DNA from: Balanoglossus misakiensis
Lineage: Eukaryota > Animalia > Hemichordata
Length of the DNA: 64,000 nt
Direction of reading: 5' to 3'
NCBI GenBank assembly: GCA_040954595.2
Contig: CM082585.2
Coordinates: 1,114,218-1,178,217 of the forward strand
Below the pieces are notes generated by a model. It ran no database searches and had not been told where the DNA came from. It worked only from the letters and a program-made list of their open reading frames with translations. A program made the position numbers and the translations under genes. Positions within the stretch are counted from its first letter, which is position 1; the number at the start of each line of letters is the position of its first letter. Shown here piece after piece: positions 36,877 through 51,800 of this stretch.

Positions 36877-39800
36877 ATGATTTTTTTCAAAAATCGACGA
36901 AATTTTGAGATTTTGCAAAGTCGAAAATTTGTCATTTTTTGATGATTTTCACCCGTCTTTTTTCAAAAATCGACGAAATTTTGAGATTTTGCAAAAGAGG
37001 AAAATTTGTCATTTTTTGATGATTTTCAACAATTTTTTTAAAAAATCGACGAAAATTTGAGATTTTGCAGTAAAAAATTTGTAATTTTTTGATGATTTTC
37101 ACCGATGATTTTTTTCAAAATTGACGAAATTTTGAGATTTTGCAGTCGAAAATTTGTAATTTTTTGATGATTTTCCCCCATGATTTTTTTCAAAAATCGA
37201 CGAAATTTTGAGATTTTGCAAAGTCGAAAATTTGTCATTTTTTGATGATTTTCACCCATGATTTTCTTCAAAAATCGACGAAATTTTGAGATTTTGCAAA
37301 GTCGAAAATTTGTCATTTTTTGATGATATTCACCCAATGTTTTTTTTCCAAAAATGGACGAACCCATGATTTTTTTCAAAATCGACGAAATTTTGAGATT
37401 TTGCAAAGTCGAAAATTTGTCATTGTCATGATGATTTTAAACCATGATTTTTTTCAAAAATTGACGAAATTTTGAGATTTTGCAGTCAAAAATTTGTCAT
37501 TTTTTGATGATTTTCACCCATGATTTTTTTTCACAAATCGGCGAAATTTTGAGATTTTGCAGTCGTAAATTTGTCATTTTTTAATGATTTTCCTCCATGA
37601 TTTTTTTTCAAAAATCGACGAAATTTTGAGATTTTGCAAAGTCTAAAATTTGTCATTTTTTGATGATTTTCACCCATGTCTTTTTTCAAAAATCGACGAA
37701 ATTTTGAGATTTTGCAAAGAGGAAAATTTGTCATTTTTTGATGATTTTCAACAATGATTTTTTTTCAAAAATCGACGAAATTTTGAGATTTTGCAGTCAA
37801 AAATTTGTCATTTTTTGATGATTTTCAACAATTTTTTTAAAAATCGACGAAAATTTGAGATTTTGCAGTAAAAAAATTGTCATTTTTTGATGATTTTCAC
37901 CCATGATTTTTTCAAAATTGGCAACATTTTGAGATTTTGCAAAGTCGAAAATTTGTCATTTTTTGATGATTTTCACCCATGATTTTTTTTCACAAATCGA
38001 CGAAATTTTGAGATTTTGTAGTCGTTAATTTGTCATTTTTTGATGATTTTCCCCCATGATTTTTTTCAAAAATCAACGAAATTTTGAGATTTTGCAAAGT
38101 CGAAAATTTGTCATTTTTAGATGATTTTCACCCGTCTTTTTTCAAAAAATCGACGAAATTTTGAGATTTTGCAAAGAGGAAAATTTGTCATTTTTTGATA
38201 ATTTTCAACAATGATTTATTTCAAAAATCGACGAAATTTTGAGATTTTGCAGTCGAAAATTTGTCATTTTTTGATGATTTTCCCCCATGATTTTTTTCAA
38301 AAATCGACGAAATTTTGAGATTTTGCAAAGTTTAAAATTTTTCAAAAATCGACGAAATTTATAGATTTTGCAAAGAGGAAAATTTGTCATTTTTTGATGA
38401 TTTTCACCCATGATTTTTTTCAAAATCGACGAAATTTTGAGATTTTGCAGTCGAAAATTTGTCATTTTTTGATGATTTTCACCCATGATTTTTTCAAAAT
38501 TGACGAAATTTTGAAATTTTGCAGTCGAAAATTTGTCATTTTTTGATCATTTTCCCCATGATTTTTTTCAAAAATCGACGAAATTTTGAGATTTTGCAAA
38601 GTCGAAAATTTGTCATTTTTTGATGATTTTCTCCCTTGATTTTCTTCAAAAATCGACGAAATTTTGAGATTTTGCAAAGTCGAAAATTTGTCATTTTTTG
38701 ATGATTTTCACCCATGATTTTTTTCAAAAATCGATATGATTTTGAGATTTTGCAGTAAAAAAATTGTCATTATTTGATGATTTTCGACCATGATTTTTTT
38801 CAAAATTGACGAAATTTTGAGATTTTGCAGTCGAAAATTTGTCATTTTTTGATCATTTTCCCCCATGATTTTTTTCAAAAATCGACGAAATTTTGAGATT
38901 TTGCAAAGTCGAAAATTTGTCATTTTTTGATGATTTTCACCCATGTCTTTTTTCCAAAAATCGACGAAATTTTGAGATTTTGCAAAGAGGAAAATTTGTC
39001 ATTTTTTGATGATTTTCAACAATGATATTTTTTCAAAAATCGACGAAATTTTGAGATTTTGCAGTCAAAAATTTGTCATTTTTTGATGATTTTCAACTAT
39101 TTTTTTAAAAAATCGACGAAAATTTGAGATTTTGCAGTAAAAAATTTGTCATTTTTTGATGATTTTCACCCATGATTTTTTCAAAATTGGCAAAATTTTG
39201 AGATTTTGCAAAGTCGAAAATTTGTCATTTTTTGATGATTTTCACCCATGATTTTTTTTCACAAATCGACGAAATTTTGAGATTTTGTAGTCGTAAATTT
39301 GTCATTTTTTGATGATTTTTCCCCATGATTTTTTTCAAAAATCAACGAAATTTTGAGATTTTGCAAAGTCGAAAATTTGTCATTTTTAGATGATTTTCAC
39401 CCGTCTTTTTTCAAAAAATCGACGAAATTTTGTGATTTTGTAAAGAGGAAAATTTGTCATTTTTTGATAATTTTCAACTATGATTTATTTCAAAAATCGA
39501 CGAAATTTTGAGATTTTGCAGTCGAAAATTTGTCATTTTTTGATGATTTTCCCCCATGATTTTTTTCAAAAATCGACGAAATTTTGAGATTTTGCAAAGT
39601 TGAAAATTTTTCAAAAATCGACGAAATTTATAGATTTTGCAAAGAGGAAAATTTGTCATTTTTTGATGATTTTCACCCATGATTTTTTTCAAAATTGACG
39701 AAATTTTGAGTTTTTGCAGTCGAAAATTTGTCATTTTTTGATGATTTTCACCCGTTTTTTTTAAAAAATCGACGAAATTTTGAGATTTTGCAGTCGAAAA

Positions 39801-42800
39801 TTTGTCATTTTTTGATGATTTTCACCCATGATTTTTTCAAAATTGACGAAATTTTGAAATTTTGCAGTCGAAAATTTGTCATTTTTTGATCATTTTCCCC
39901 ATGATTTTTTTCAAAAATCGACGAAATTTTGAGATTTTGCAAAGTCGAAAATTTGTCATTTTTAGATGATTTTCACCCGTCTTTTTTCAAAAAATCGACG
40001 AAATTTTGAGATTTTGCAAAGAAGAAAATTTGTCATTTTTTGATAATTTTCAACAATGATTTATTTCAAAAATCGACGAAATTTTGAGATTTTGCAGTCG
40101 AAAATTTGTCAATTTTTGATGATTTTCCCCCATGATTTTTTTCAAAAATCGACGAAATTTTGAGATTTTGCAAAAATTAAAATTTTTCAAAAATCGACGA
40201 AATTTATAGATTTTGCAAAGAGGAAAATTTGTCATTTTTTGATGATTTTCACCCATGATTTTTTTCAAAATCGACGAAATTTTGAGATTTTGCAGTCGAA
40301 AATTTGTCATTTTTTGATGATTTTCACCCATGATTTTTTCAAAATTGACGAAATTTTGAAATTTTGCAGTTCGAAAATTTGTCATTTTTTGATCATTTTC
40401 CCCCATGATTTTTTTCAAAAAATCGACGAAATTTTGAGATTTTGCAAAGTCGAAAATTTGTCATTTTTTGATGATTTTCTCCCTTGATTTTCTTCAAAAA
40501 TCGACGAAATTTTGAGATTTTGCAAAGTCGAAAATTTGTCATTTTTTTGATGATTTTCACCCATGATTTTTTTCAAAATCGATATGATTTTGAGATTTTG
40601 CAGTAAAAAAATTGTCATTATTTGATGATTTTCGACCATGATTTTTTTCAAAATTGACGAAATTTTGAGATTTTGCAGTCGAAAATTTGTCATTTTTTGA
40701 TCATTTTCCCCCATGATTTTTTTCAAAAATCGACGAAATTTTGAGATTTTGCAAAGTCGAAAATTTGTCATTTTTTGATGATTTTCACCCATGTCTTTTT
40801 TCAAAAATCGACGAAATTTTTGAGATTTTGCAAAGAGGAAAATTTGTCATTTTTTGATGATTTTCAACAATGATATTTTTTCAAAAATCGACGAAATTTT
40901 GAGATTTTGCAGTCAAAAATTTGTCATTTTTTGATGATTTTCAACTATTTTTTTAAAAAATCGACGAAAATTTGAGATTTTGCAGTAAAAAATTTGTCAT
41001 TTTTTGATGATTTTCACCCATGATTTTTTCAAAATTGGCAAAATTTTGAGATTTTGCAAAGTCGAAAATTTGTCTTTTTTGATGATTTTCACCCATGATT
41101 TTTTTTCACAAATCGACGAAATTTTGAGATTTTGTAGTCGTAAATTTGTCATTTTTGATGATTTTCCCCCATGATTTTTTTCAAAAATCAACGAAATTTT
41201 GAGATTTTGCAAAGTCGAAAATTTGTCATTTTTAGATGATTTTCACCCGTCTTTTTTTCAAAAAATCGACGAAATTTTGTGATTTTGTAAAGAGGAAAAT
41301 TTGTCATTTTTGATAATTTTCAACAATGATTTATTTCAAAAATCGACGAAATTTTGAGATTTTGCAGTCGAAAATTTGTCATTTTTTGATGATTTTCCCC
41401 CATGATTTTTTTCAAAAATCGAACGAAATTTTGAGATTTTGCAAAGTTGAAAATTTTTTCAAAAATCGACGAAATTTATAGATTTTGCAAAGAGGAAAAT
41501 TTGTCATTTTTTGATGATTTTCACCCATGATTTTTTTCAAAATTGACGAAATTTTGAGTTTTTGCAGTCGAAAATTTGTCATTTTTTGATGATTTTCACC
41601 CGTTTTTTTTTCAAAAATCGACGAAATTTTGAGATTTTGCAGTCGAAAAATTTGTCATTTTTTGATGATTTTCACCCATGATTTTTTCAAAATTGACGAA
41701 ATTTTGAAATTTTGCAGTCGAAAATTTGTCATTTTTTGATCATTTTCCCCATGATTTTTTTCAAAATCGACGAAATTTTGAGATTTTGCAAAGTCGAAAA
41801 TTTGTCATTTTTTGATGATTTTCCCCCTTGATTTTCTTCAAAAATCGACGAAATTTTGAGATTTTGCAAAGTCGAAAATTTGTCATTTTTTGATGATTTT
41901 CACCCATGATTTTTTCAAAATTGATGAAATTTTGAGTTTTTGCAGTCGAAAATTTGTCATAAATTGATGATTTTCACCCATGATTTTTTCAAAATTGACG
42001 AAATTTTGAAATTTTGCAGTCCGAAAATTTGTCATTTTTTGATCATTTTCTCCCCCATGATTTTTTTCAAAAATCGACTGAAAATTTGAGATTTTGCAAA
42101 GTCGAAAATTTGTCATTTTTTGATGATTTTCACCCATGATTTTTTTCAAAATTGACGGAAATTTTGAGATTTTGCAAAGTCAAAAATTTGTCATTTTTTG
42201 ATGATTTTCAACAATTTTTTTTAAAAAATCGACGAAAATTTGAGATTTTTCAGTCAAAAATTTGTCATTTTTTGATGATTTTCTCCCATGATTTTTTCCA
42301 AAAATCGACGAAATTTTGGGATTTTGCAGTAAAAAATTGTCATTTTTGATGATTTTCACCCATGATTTTTTTCAAAATTGACGAAATTTTGAGATTTTGC
42401 AGTCGAAAATTTGTCATTTTTTGATCATTTTCCCCCTTGATTTTTTTCAAAAATCGACGAAATTTTCAGATTTTGCAGTCGAAAATTTGTCATTTTTTCA
42501 TGATTTTCACCCATGATTTTTTCAAAAATCGACGAAATTTTGAGATTTTGCAGTAAAAAAATTGTCATTTTTTGATGATTTTCACCCATGATTTTTTTCA
42601 AAATTGACGAAATTTTGAGATTTTGCAGTCGAAAATTTGTCATTTTTTGATCATTTTCCCCCATGATTTTTTTCAAAAATCGACGAAATTTTCAGATTTT
42701 GCAGCGAAAATTTGTCATTTTTTTATGATTTTCACCCATGATTTTCTTCAAAAATCGACGAAATTTTGAGATTTTGCAAAGTCGAAAATTTGTCATTTTT

Positions 42801-45800
42801 TGATGATTTTCCCCCATGATTTTTTTCAAAAAATCGACGAAATTTTTGAGATTTTGCAAAGTCGAAAATTTGTCATTTTTTGATGATTTTCCCCCTTGAT
42901 TTTCTTCCAAAAATCGACGAAATTTTGAGATTTTGCAAAGTCGAAAATTTGTCATTTTTTGATGATTTTCACCCATGATTTTTTTCAAAATTGATGAAAT
43001 TTTGAGTTTTTGCAGTCGAAAATTTGTCATAAATTGATGATTTTCACCCATGATTTTTTCAAAATTGACGAAATTTTGAAATTTTGCAGTCGAAAATTTG
43101 TCATTTTTTGATCATTTTCCCCCATGATTTTTTTTCAAAAATCGACGAAAATTTGAGATTTTGCAAAGTCGAAAATTTGTCATTTTTTGATGATTTTCAC
43201 CCATGATTTTTTTCAAAATTGACGAAATTTTGAGATTTTGCAAAGTCAAAAATTTGTCATTTTTTGATGATTTTCAACAATTTTTTTTAAAAAATCGACG
43301 AAAATTTGAGATTTTTCAGTCAAAAATTTGTCATTTTTGATGATTTTCTCCCATGATTTTTTCAAAAATCGACGAAATTTTGGGATTTTGCAGTAAAAAA
43401 ATTGTCATTTTTTGATGATTTTCACCCATGATTTTTTTCAAAATTGACGAAATTTTGAGATTTTGCAGTCGAAAATTTGTCATTTTTTGATCATTTTCCC
43501 CCTTGATTTTTTTCAAAAATCGACGAAATTTTCAGATTTTGCAGTCGAAAATTTGTCATTTTTTTCATGATTTTCACCCATGATTTTTCAAAAATCGACG
43601 AAATTTTGAGATTTTGCAGTAAAAAAATTGTCATTTTTTGATGATTTTCACCCATGATTTTTTTTCAAATTGACGAAATTTTGAGATTTTGCAGTCGAAA
43701 ATTTGTCATTTTTTGATCATTTTCCCCCATGATTTTTTTCAAAAATCGACGAAATTTTCAGATTTTGCAGTCGAAAATTTGTCATTTTTTTATGATTTTC
43801 ACCCATGATTTTCTTCAAAATCGACGAAATTTTGAGATTTTGCAAAGTCGAAAATTTGTCATTTTTGATGATTTTCACCCATGATTTTTTTTCAAAAATC
43901 GACGAAATTTTGAGATTTTGCAAAGTCGAAAATTTGTCATTTTTTGATGGTTTTCACCCATGATTTTTTTCAAAAATCGACGAAATTTTGAGATTTTGCA
44001 AAGTCGAAAATGTGTCATTTTTTGATGATTTTCACCCATGTTTTTTTTTTTTAAATCGACGAACCTATGATTTTTTTTTTCAAAATCGACGAAATTTTGT
44101 GATTTTGCAAAGTCGAAAATTTTGTCATTTTTTGATGATTTTCAACCATGATTTTTTTTCAAAAATCGACGAAATTTTGAGATTTTGCAAAATCGAAAAT
44201 TTGTCATTTTTTGATGATTTTCCCCAATGGTTTTTTTCAAAATCGACGAAATTTTGAGATTTTGCAAAGTCGAAAATTTGTCATTTTTTGATGATTTTCC
44301 CCCATGATTTTTTTTCAAAAATGGACGAAATTTTGAGATTTTGCAAAGACGAAAATTTGTCATTTTTTGATGATTTTCACCCATGATTTTTTTTCAAAAA
44401 TCGACGAAATTTTGAGATTTTGCAAAGTCGAAAATGTGTCATTTTTTGATGATTTTCACCCGTTTTTTTTCAAAATTTGTCATTTTTTGATGATTTTCAC
44501 CCATGATTTTTTTTCAAAAATCGACGAAATTTTGAGATTTTGCAAAGTCGAAAATGTGTCATTTTTTGATGATTTTCACCCATGATTTTTTTTCAAAAAT
44601 CGACGAAATTTTGAGATTTTGCAGTCGAAAATTTGTAATTTTTTGATTGATTTTCCCCCATGATTTTTTTCAAAAATCGACGAAATTTGAGATTTTGCAA
44701 AGTCGAAAATTTGTCATTTTTTGATGAATTTCACCCATGATTTTCTTCAAAAATCGACGAAATTTTGAGATTTTGCAAAGTCGAAAATTTGTCATTTTTT
44801 GATGATTTTCACCCATGATTTTTTTCAAAAATCGACGAAATTTTGAGATTTTGCAAAGTCGAAAATTTGTCATTTTTTGATGGTTTTCACCCATGATTTT
44901 TATTCAAAAATCGACGAAATTTTGAGATTTTGCAAAGTCGAAAATGTGTCATTTTTTGATGATTTTCACCCGTTTTTTTTTCAAAATTTGTCATTTTTTC
45001 ATGATTTTCACCCATGATTTTTTCAAAAATCGACGAAATTTTGAGATTTTGCAAAGTCGAAAATTTGTCATTTTTTGATGATTTTCACCCATGATTTTTT
45101 CAAAAATCGACGAAATTTTGAGATTTTGCAAAGAGGAAAATTTGTCATTTTTTCATGATTTTCCCCCATGATTTTTTTCAAAAATCGACGAAATTTTGAG
45201 ATTTTGCAAAGTCGACGAAAATTTGTCATTTTTTGATCATTTTCCCCCATGATTTTTTTCAAAAATCGACGAAATTTTCAGATTTTGCAGTCGAAATTTG
45301 TCATTTTTTCATGATTTTCACCCATGATTTTTTCAAAATCGACGAAGTTTTGAGATTTTGCAGTCGAAAATTTGTAATTTTTTGATGATTTTCCCCCATG
45401 ATTTTTTTCAAAAATCGACGAAATTTTGAGATTTTGCAAAGTCGAAAATTTGTCATTTTTTGATGATTTTCACCCATGATTTTCTTCAAAAATCGACGAA
45501 ATTTTGAGATTTTGCAAAGTCGAAAATTTGTCATTTTTTGATGATTTTTCACCCATGATTTTTTTCAAAAATCGACGAAATTTTGAGATTTTGCAAAGTC
45601 GAAAATTTGTCATTTTTTGATGGTTTTCACCCATGATTTTTATTCAAAAATCGACGAAATTTTGAGATTTTGCAAAGTCGAAAATGTGTCATTTTTTGAT
45701 GATTTTCACCCGTTTTTTTTTCAAAATTTGTCATTTTTTCATGATTTTCACCCATGATTTTTTTCAAAAATCGACGAAATTTTGAGATTTTGCAAAGTCG

Positions 45801-48800
45801 AAAATTTGTCATTTTTTGATGATTTTCACCCATGATTTTTTCAAAAATCGACGAAATTTTGAGATTTTGCAGTAAAAAAATTGTCATTTTTTGATGATTT
45901 TCACCCATGATTTTTTTCAAAATTGACGAAATTTTGAGATTTTGCAGTCGAAAATTTGTCATTTTTTGATCATTTTCCCCCATGATTTTTTTCAAAAATC
46001 GACGAAATTTTCAGATTTTGCAGTCGAAAATTTGTCATTTTTTCATGATTTTCCCCCATGATTTTTTTCAAAAATCGACGAAATTTTGAGATTTTGCAAA
46101 GTCGAAAATGTGTCATTTTTTGATGATTTTCACCCATGTTTTTTTTTTAAAATCGACGAACCTATGATTTTTTTCAAAATCGACGAAATTTTGTGATTTT
46201 GCAAAGTCGAAAATTTTGTCATTTTTTGATGATTTTCAACCATGATTTTTTTTCAAAAATCGACGAAATTTTGAGATTTTGCAAAATCGAAAATTTGTCA
46301 TTTTTTGATGATTTTCCCCCAATGGTTTTTTTCAAAATCGACGAAATTTTGAGATTTTGCAAAGTCGAAAATTTGTCATTTTTTGATGATTTTCACCCAT
46401 GATTTTTTTTCAAAAATGGACGAAATTTTGAGATTTTGCAAAGACGAAAAATTTGTCATTTTTTGATGATTTTCACCCATGATTTTTTTTTAAAAATCGA
46501 CGAAATTTGAGATTTTGCTAAGTCGAAAATTTGTCATTTTTTGATGATTTTCACCCATGATTTTTTTTCAAAAAAACGACGAAATTTTGAGATTTTGCAA
46601 AGAGGAAAATTTGTCATTTTTTCATGATTTTCACCCATGATTTTTTTCAAAAATCGACGAAATTTTGAGATTTTGCAAAGAGGAAAATTTGTCATTTTTT
46701 CATGATTTTCCCCCATGATTTTTTTCAAAAATCGACGAAAATTTGAGATTTTGCAAAGACGAAAATTTGTCATTTTTTGATGATTTTCACCCATGATTTT
46801 TTTCAAAAATCGACGAAATTTTGAGATTTTGCAAAGTCGAAAATTTGTCATTTTTGATGATTTTCACCCATGTTTTTTTTTTTTTAAATCGACGAACCTA
46901 TGATTTTTTTCAAAATCGACGAAATTTTGTGATTTTGCAAAGTCGAAAATTTTGTCATTTTTTGATGATTTTCAACCATGATTTTTTTTCAAAAATCGAC
47001 GAAATTTTGAGATTTTGCAAAATCGAAAATTTGTCATTTTTTGATGATTTTCCCCCAATGGTTTTTTTCAAAATCGACGAAATTTTGAGATTTTGCAAAG
47101 TCGAAAATTTGTCATTTTTTGATGATTTTCCCCCATGATTTTTTTTCAAAAATGGACGAAATTTTGAGATTTTGCAAAGACGAAATTTGTCATTTTTTGA
47201 TGATTTTCACCCATGATTTTTTTTTAAAAATCGACGAAATTTTGAGATTTTGCTAAGTCGAAAATTGCAAAGAGGAAAATTTGTCATTTTTTCATGATTT
47301 TTACCAATGATTTTTTTCCAAAATCGACGAAATTTGTGATTTTGCAAAGAGGAAAATTTGTCATTTTTTCATGATTTTCCCCCATGATTTTTTTCAAAAA
47401 TCGACGAAAATTTGAGATTTTGCAAAGACGAAATTTGTCATTTTTGATGATTTTTACCCATGATTTTTTTTCAAAATGGACGAAATTTGAGATTTTGCAA
47501 AGACGAAAATTTGTCAATTTTTTGATGATTTTCACCAATGATTTTTTTTCAAAAAACGACGAAATTTTGAGATTTTGCAGAGGAAAATGTGTCATTTTTT
47601 GATGATTTTCACCGTTTTTTTTTCAAAATTTGTCATTTTTTGATGATTTTCTCCCATGATTTTTTTCAAAATTGACGAAATTTTGAGATTTGCAAAGTCG
47701 AAAATTTGTCATTTTTTGATGATTTTCACCCATGATTTTTTTCAAAAATCGACGAAATTTTGAGATTTTGCAAAGTCGAAAATTTGTCATTTTTTGATGA
47801 TTTTCCCCCATGTTTTTTTTTTAAATGGACGAAATTTTGAGATTTTGCAAAGACGAAAATTTGTTATTTTTTGATGATTTTCACCCATGATTTTTTCAAA
47901 AAATTGACGAAATTTTGAGATTTTGCAAAGTCGAAAATTTGTCATTTTTTGATGATTTTCACACATGATTTTTTTCAAAAATCGACGAAATTGTGAGATT
48001 TTGCAAAGACGAAAATTTGTCATTTTTTGATGATTTTTACCCATGATTTTTTTTCAAAAATGGACGAAATTTTGAGGTTTTGCAAAGTCGAAAATTTGTC
48101 ATTTTTGATGATTTTCACACATGATTTTTTTCAAAAATCGACGAAATTGTGAGATTTTGCAAGACGAAAATTTGTCATTTTTTTGATGATTTTTACCCAT
48201 GATTTTTTTCAAAAATGGACGAAATTTTGAGGTTTTGCAAAGTCGAAAATTTGTTATTTTTTGATGATTTTCACCCATGTCTTTTTTTAAAAATCGACGA
48301 AATTTTGAGATTTTGCAAAGAGGACAATTTGTCATTTTTTCATGATTTTCCCCCATGATTTTTTTCAAAAATCGACGAAATTTTGAGATTTTGCAAAGTC
48401 GACGAAAATGTGTCATTTTTTGATGATTTTCAACCGTTTTTTTTCAAAATTTGTCATTTTTTGATGATTTTCACCCATGTTTTTTTTTTAAAAAATCGAC
48501 GAACTATGATTTTTTCAAAATCGACGAAATTTTGTGATTTTACAAAGTCGAAAATTTTGTCATTTTTTGATGATTTTCAACCATGATTTTTTTCAAAAAT
48601 CGACGAAAATTTGAGATTTTTGCAAAGACGAAAATTTGTTATTTTTGATGATTTTTACCCATGATTTTTTTTCAAAAATGGACGAAATTTTGAGATTTTG
48701 CAAAGACGAAAATTTTGTCATTTTTTGATGATTTTCACCCATGATTTTTTTCAAAAATCGACGAAATTTTGAGATTTTGCAAAGAGGAAAATTTGTCATT

Positions 48801-51800
48801 TTTTCATGATTTTCCCCATGATTTTTTTCAAAAATCGAACGAAATTTTGTGATTTTACAAAGTCGAAAATTTTGTCATTTTTTGATGATTTTCAACCATG
48901 ATTTTTTTCAAAAATCGACGAAAATTTGAGATTTTGCAAAGACGAAAATTGTCATTTTGATGATTTTTACCCATGATTTTTTTTCAAAAATGGACGAATT
49001 TTGAGATTTTGCAAAGACGAAAATTTGTCATTTTTTGATGATTTCACCCATGATTTTTTTCAAAAATGGACGAAATTTTGAGATTTTGCAAAGACGAAAA
49101 TTTGTCATTTTTTTGATGATTTTCACCCGTTTTTTTCAAAATTTGTCATTTTTTGATGATTTTCAACCATGATTTTTTTTCAAAAATCGACGAAATTTTG
49201 AGATTTTGCAAAGTCGAAAATGTGTCATTTTTTGATGATTTTCACCCATGATTTTTTCAAAAATCGACGAAATTTTGAGATTTTGCGAAGTCGAAAATTT
49301 GTCATTTTTTGATGATTTTCACCCATGATTTTTTTCAAAAATTTACGAAATGTTAAGATTTTGCAAAGTCGAAAATTTGTCATTTTTTTGATGATTTTCA
49401 CCCATGATTTTTTTCAAAAATCGACTAAATGTTGAGATTTTGCAAAGTCGAAAATGTGTCATTTTTTGATGATTTTCACCCGTTTTTTTTTCAAAATTTG
49501 TCATTTTTTCATGATTTTCACCCATGATTTTTTTCAAAAATCGACGAAATTTTGTGATTTTGCAAAGTCGAAAATTTTGTCATTTTTTGATGATTTTCAA
49601 CCATGATTTTTTTTCAAAATCGACGAAATTTTGTGATTTTACAAAGTCGAAAATTTTGTCATTTTTTGATGATTTTCAACCATGATTTTTTTTCAAAAAT
49701 TGACGAAAATTTGAGATTTGCAAAGACGAAAATTTGTCATTTTTGATGATTTTTACCCATGATTTTTTTTCAAAATGGACGAAATTTTGAGATTTTGCAA
49801 AGACGAAAATTTGTCATTTTTTGATGATTTTCACCCATGATTTTTTTTCAAAAATCGACGAAATTTTGAGATTTTGCAAAGTCGTAAATGTGTCATTTTT
49901 TGATGATTTCACCAGTTTTTTTTTTCAAAATTTGTCATTTTTTCATGATTTTCCCCATGATTTTTTTCAAAAATCGACGAAAATTTGAGATTTTGCAAAG
50001 ACGAAAATTTGTCATTTTTGGTGATTTTTACCCATGATTTTTTTTCAAAAATGGACGAAATTTTGAGATTTTGCAAAGACGAAAATTTGTCATTTTTTGA
50101 TGATTTTCACCCATGATTTTTTTTCAAAAAACGACGAAATTTTGAGATTTTGCAAAGAGGAAAATTTGTCATTTTTTCATGATTTTCACCCATGATTTTT
50201 TCAAAAATCGACGAAATTTTGAGATTTTGCAAAGAGGAAAATTTGTCATTTTTTCATGATTTTCCCCCATGATTTTTTTCAAAAATCGACGAAAATTTGA
50301 GATTTTGCAAAGACGAAATTTGTCATTTTTGATGATTTTTACCCATGATTTTTTTCAAAAATGGACCAAATTTTGAGATTTTGCAAAGACGAAAATTTGT
50401 CATTTTTGATGATTTTCACCAATGATTTTTTTTCAAAAAACGACGAATTTTTGAGATTTTGCAGAGGAAAATGTGTCATTTTTTGATGATTTTCAGCCGT
50501 TTTTTTTTTTCAAAATTTGTCATTTTTTGATGATTTTCTCCCATGATTTTTTTCAAAAATTGACGAAATTTTGAGATTATGCAAAGTCGAAAATTTGTCA
50601 TTTTTTGATGATTTTCACCCATGATTTTTTTCAAAAATCGACGAAATTTTGAGATTTTGCAAAGTCGAAAATTTGTCATTTTTTGATGATTTTCCCCCAT
50701 GTTTTTTTTTTCAAAAATCGACGAAATTTTGAGATTTTGCAAAGTCGAAAATTTTGTCATTTTTTGAGGATTTTCACCCATGTTTTTTTTAAAAAATCGA
50801 CGAACCTATGATTTTTTTCAAAATCGACGAAATTTGTTGATTTTCACCGATGATTTTTTTCAAAAATCGACGAAATTTTGAGATTTTGCGAAGTCGAAAA
50901 TTTGTCATTTTTTGATGATTTTCGCCCATGATTTTTTTCAAAAATCGACGAAATGTTGAGATTTTGCAAAGTCGAAAATTTGTCATTTTTTGATGATTTT
51001 CACCCATGATTTTTTCAAAAATCGACGAAATGTTGAGATTTTGCAAAGTCGAAAATTTTGTCATTTTTTGATGATTTTCAACCATGATTTTTTTTCAAAA
51101 ATCGACGAAAATTTGAGATTTTGCAAAGATGAAAATTTGTCATTTTTGATGATTTTTACCCATAATTTTTTTTCAAAAATCGACGAAAATTTTGTGATTT
51201 TGCAAAGTCGAAAATTTTGTCATTTTTTGATGATTTTCAACCATGATTTTTTTTCAAAAATCGACGAAATTTTGAGATTTTGCAAAGTCGAAAATTTTGT
51301 TATTTTTTGATGATTTTCAACCATGATTTTTTTTCAAAATATCGACGAAAATTTGAGATTTTGCAAAGTCGAAAATGTGTCATTTTTTGATGATTTTCAC
51401 CCGTTTTTTTTCAAAATTTGTCATTTTTTCATGATTTTCACCCATGATTTTTTTCAAAAATCGACGAAATTTTGAGATTTTGCAAAGTCGAAAATGTGTC
51501 ATTTTTTGATGATTTTCACCCATGTTTTTTTTTAAAAATCGACGAACCTATGATTTTTTTCAAAATCGACGAAATTTTGTGATTTTGCAAAGTCGAAAAT
51601 TTTGTCATTTTTTGATGATTTTTCAACCCTGATTTTTTTTTCAAAAATCGACGAAATTTTGAGATTTTGCAAAATCGAAAATTTGTCATTTTTTGATGAT
51701 TTTCCCCCAATGGTTTTTTTCAAAATCGACGAAATTTTGAGATTTTGCAAAGTCGAAAATTTGTCATTTTTTGATGATTTTCACCCGTTTTTTTCAAAAT

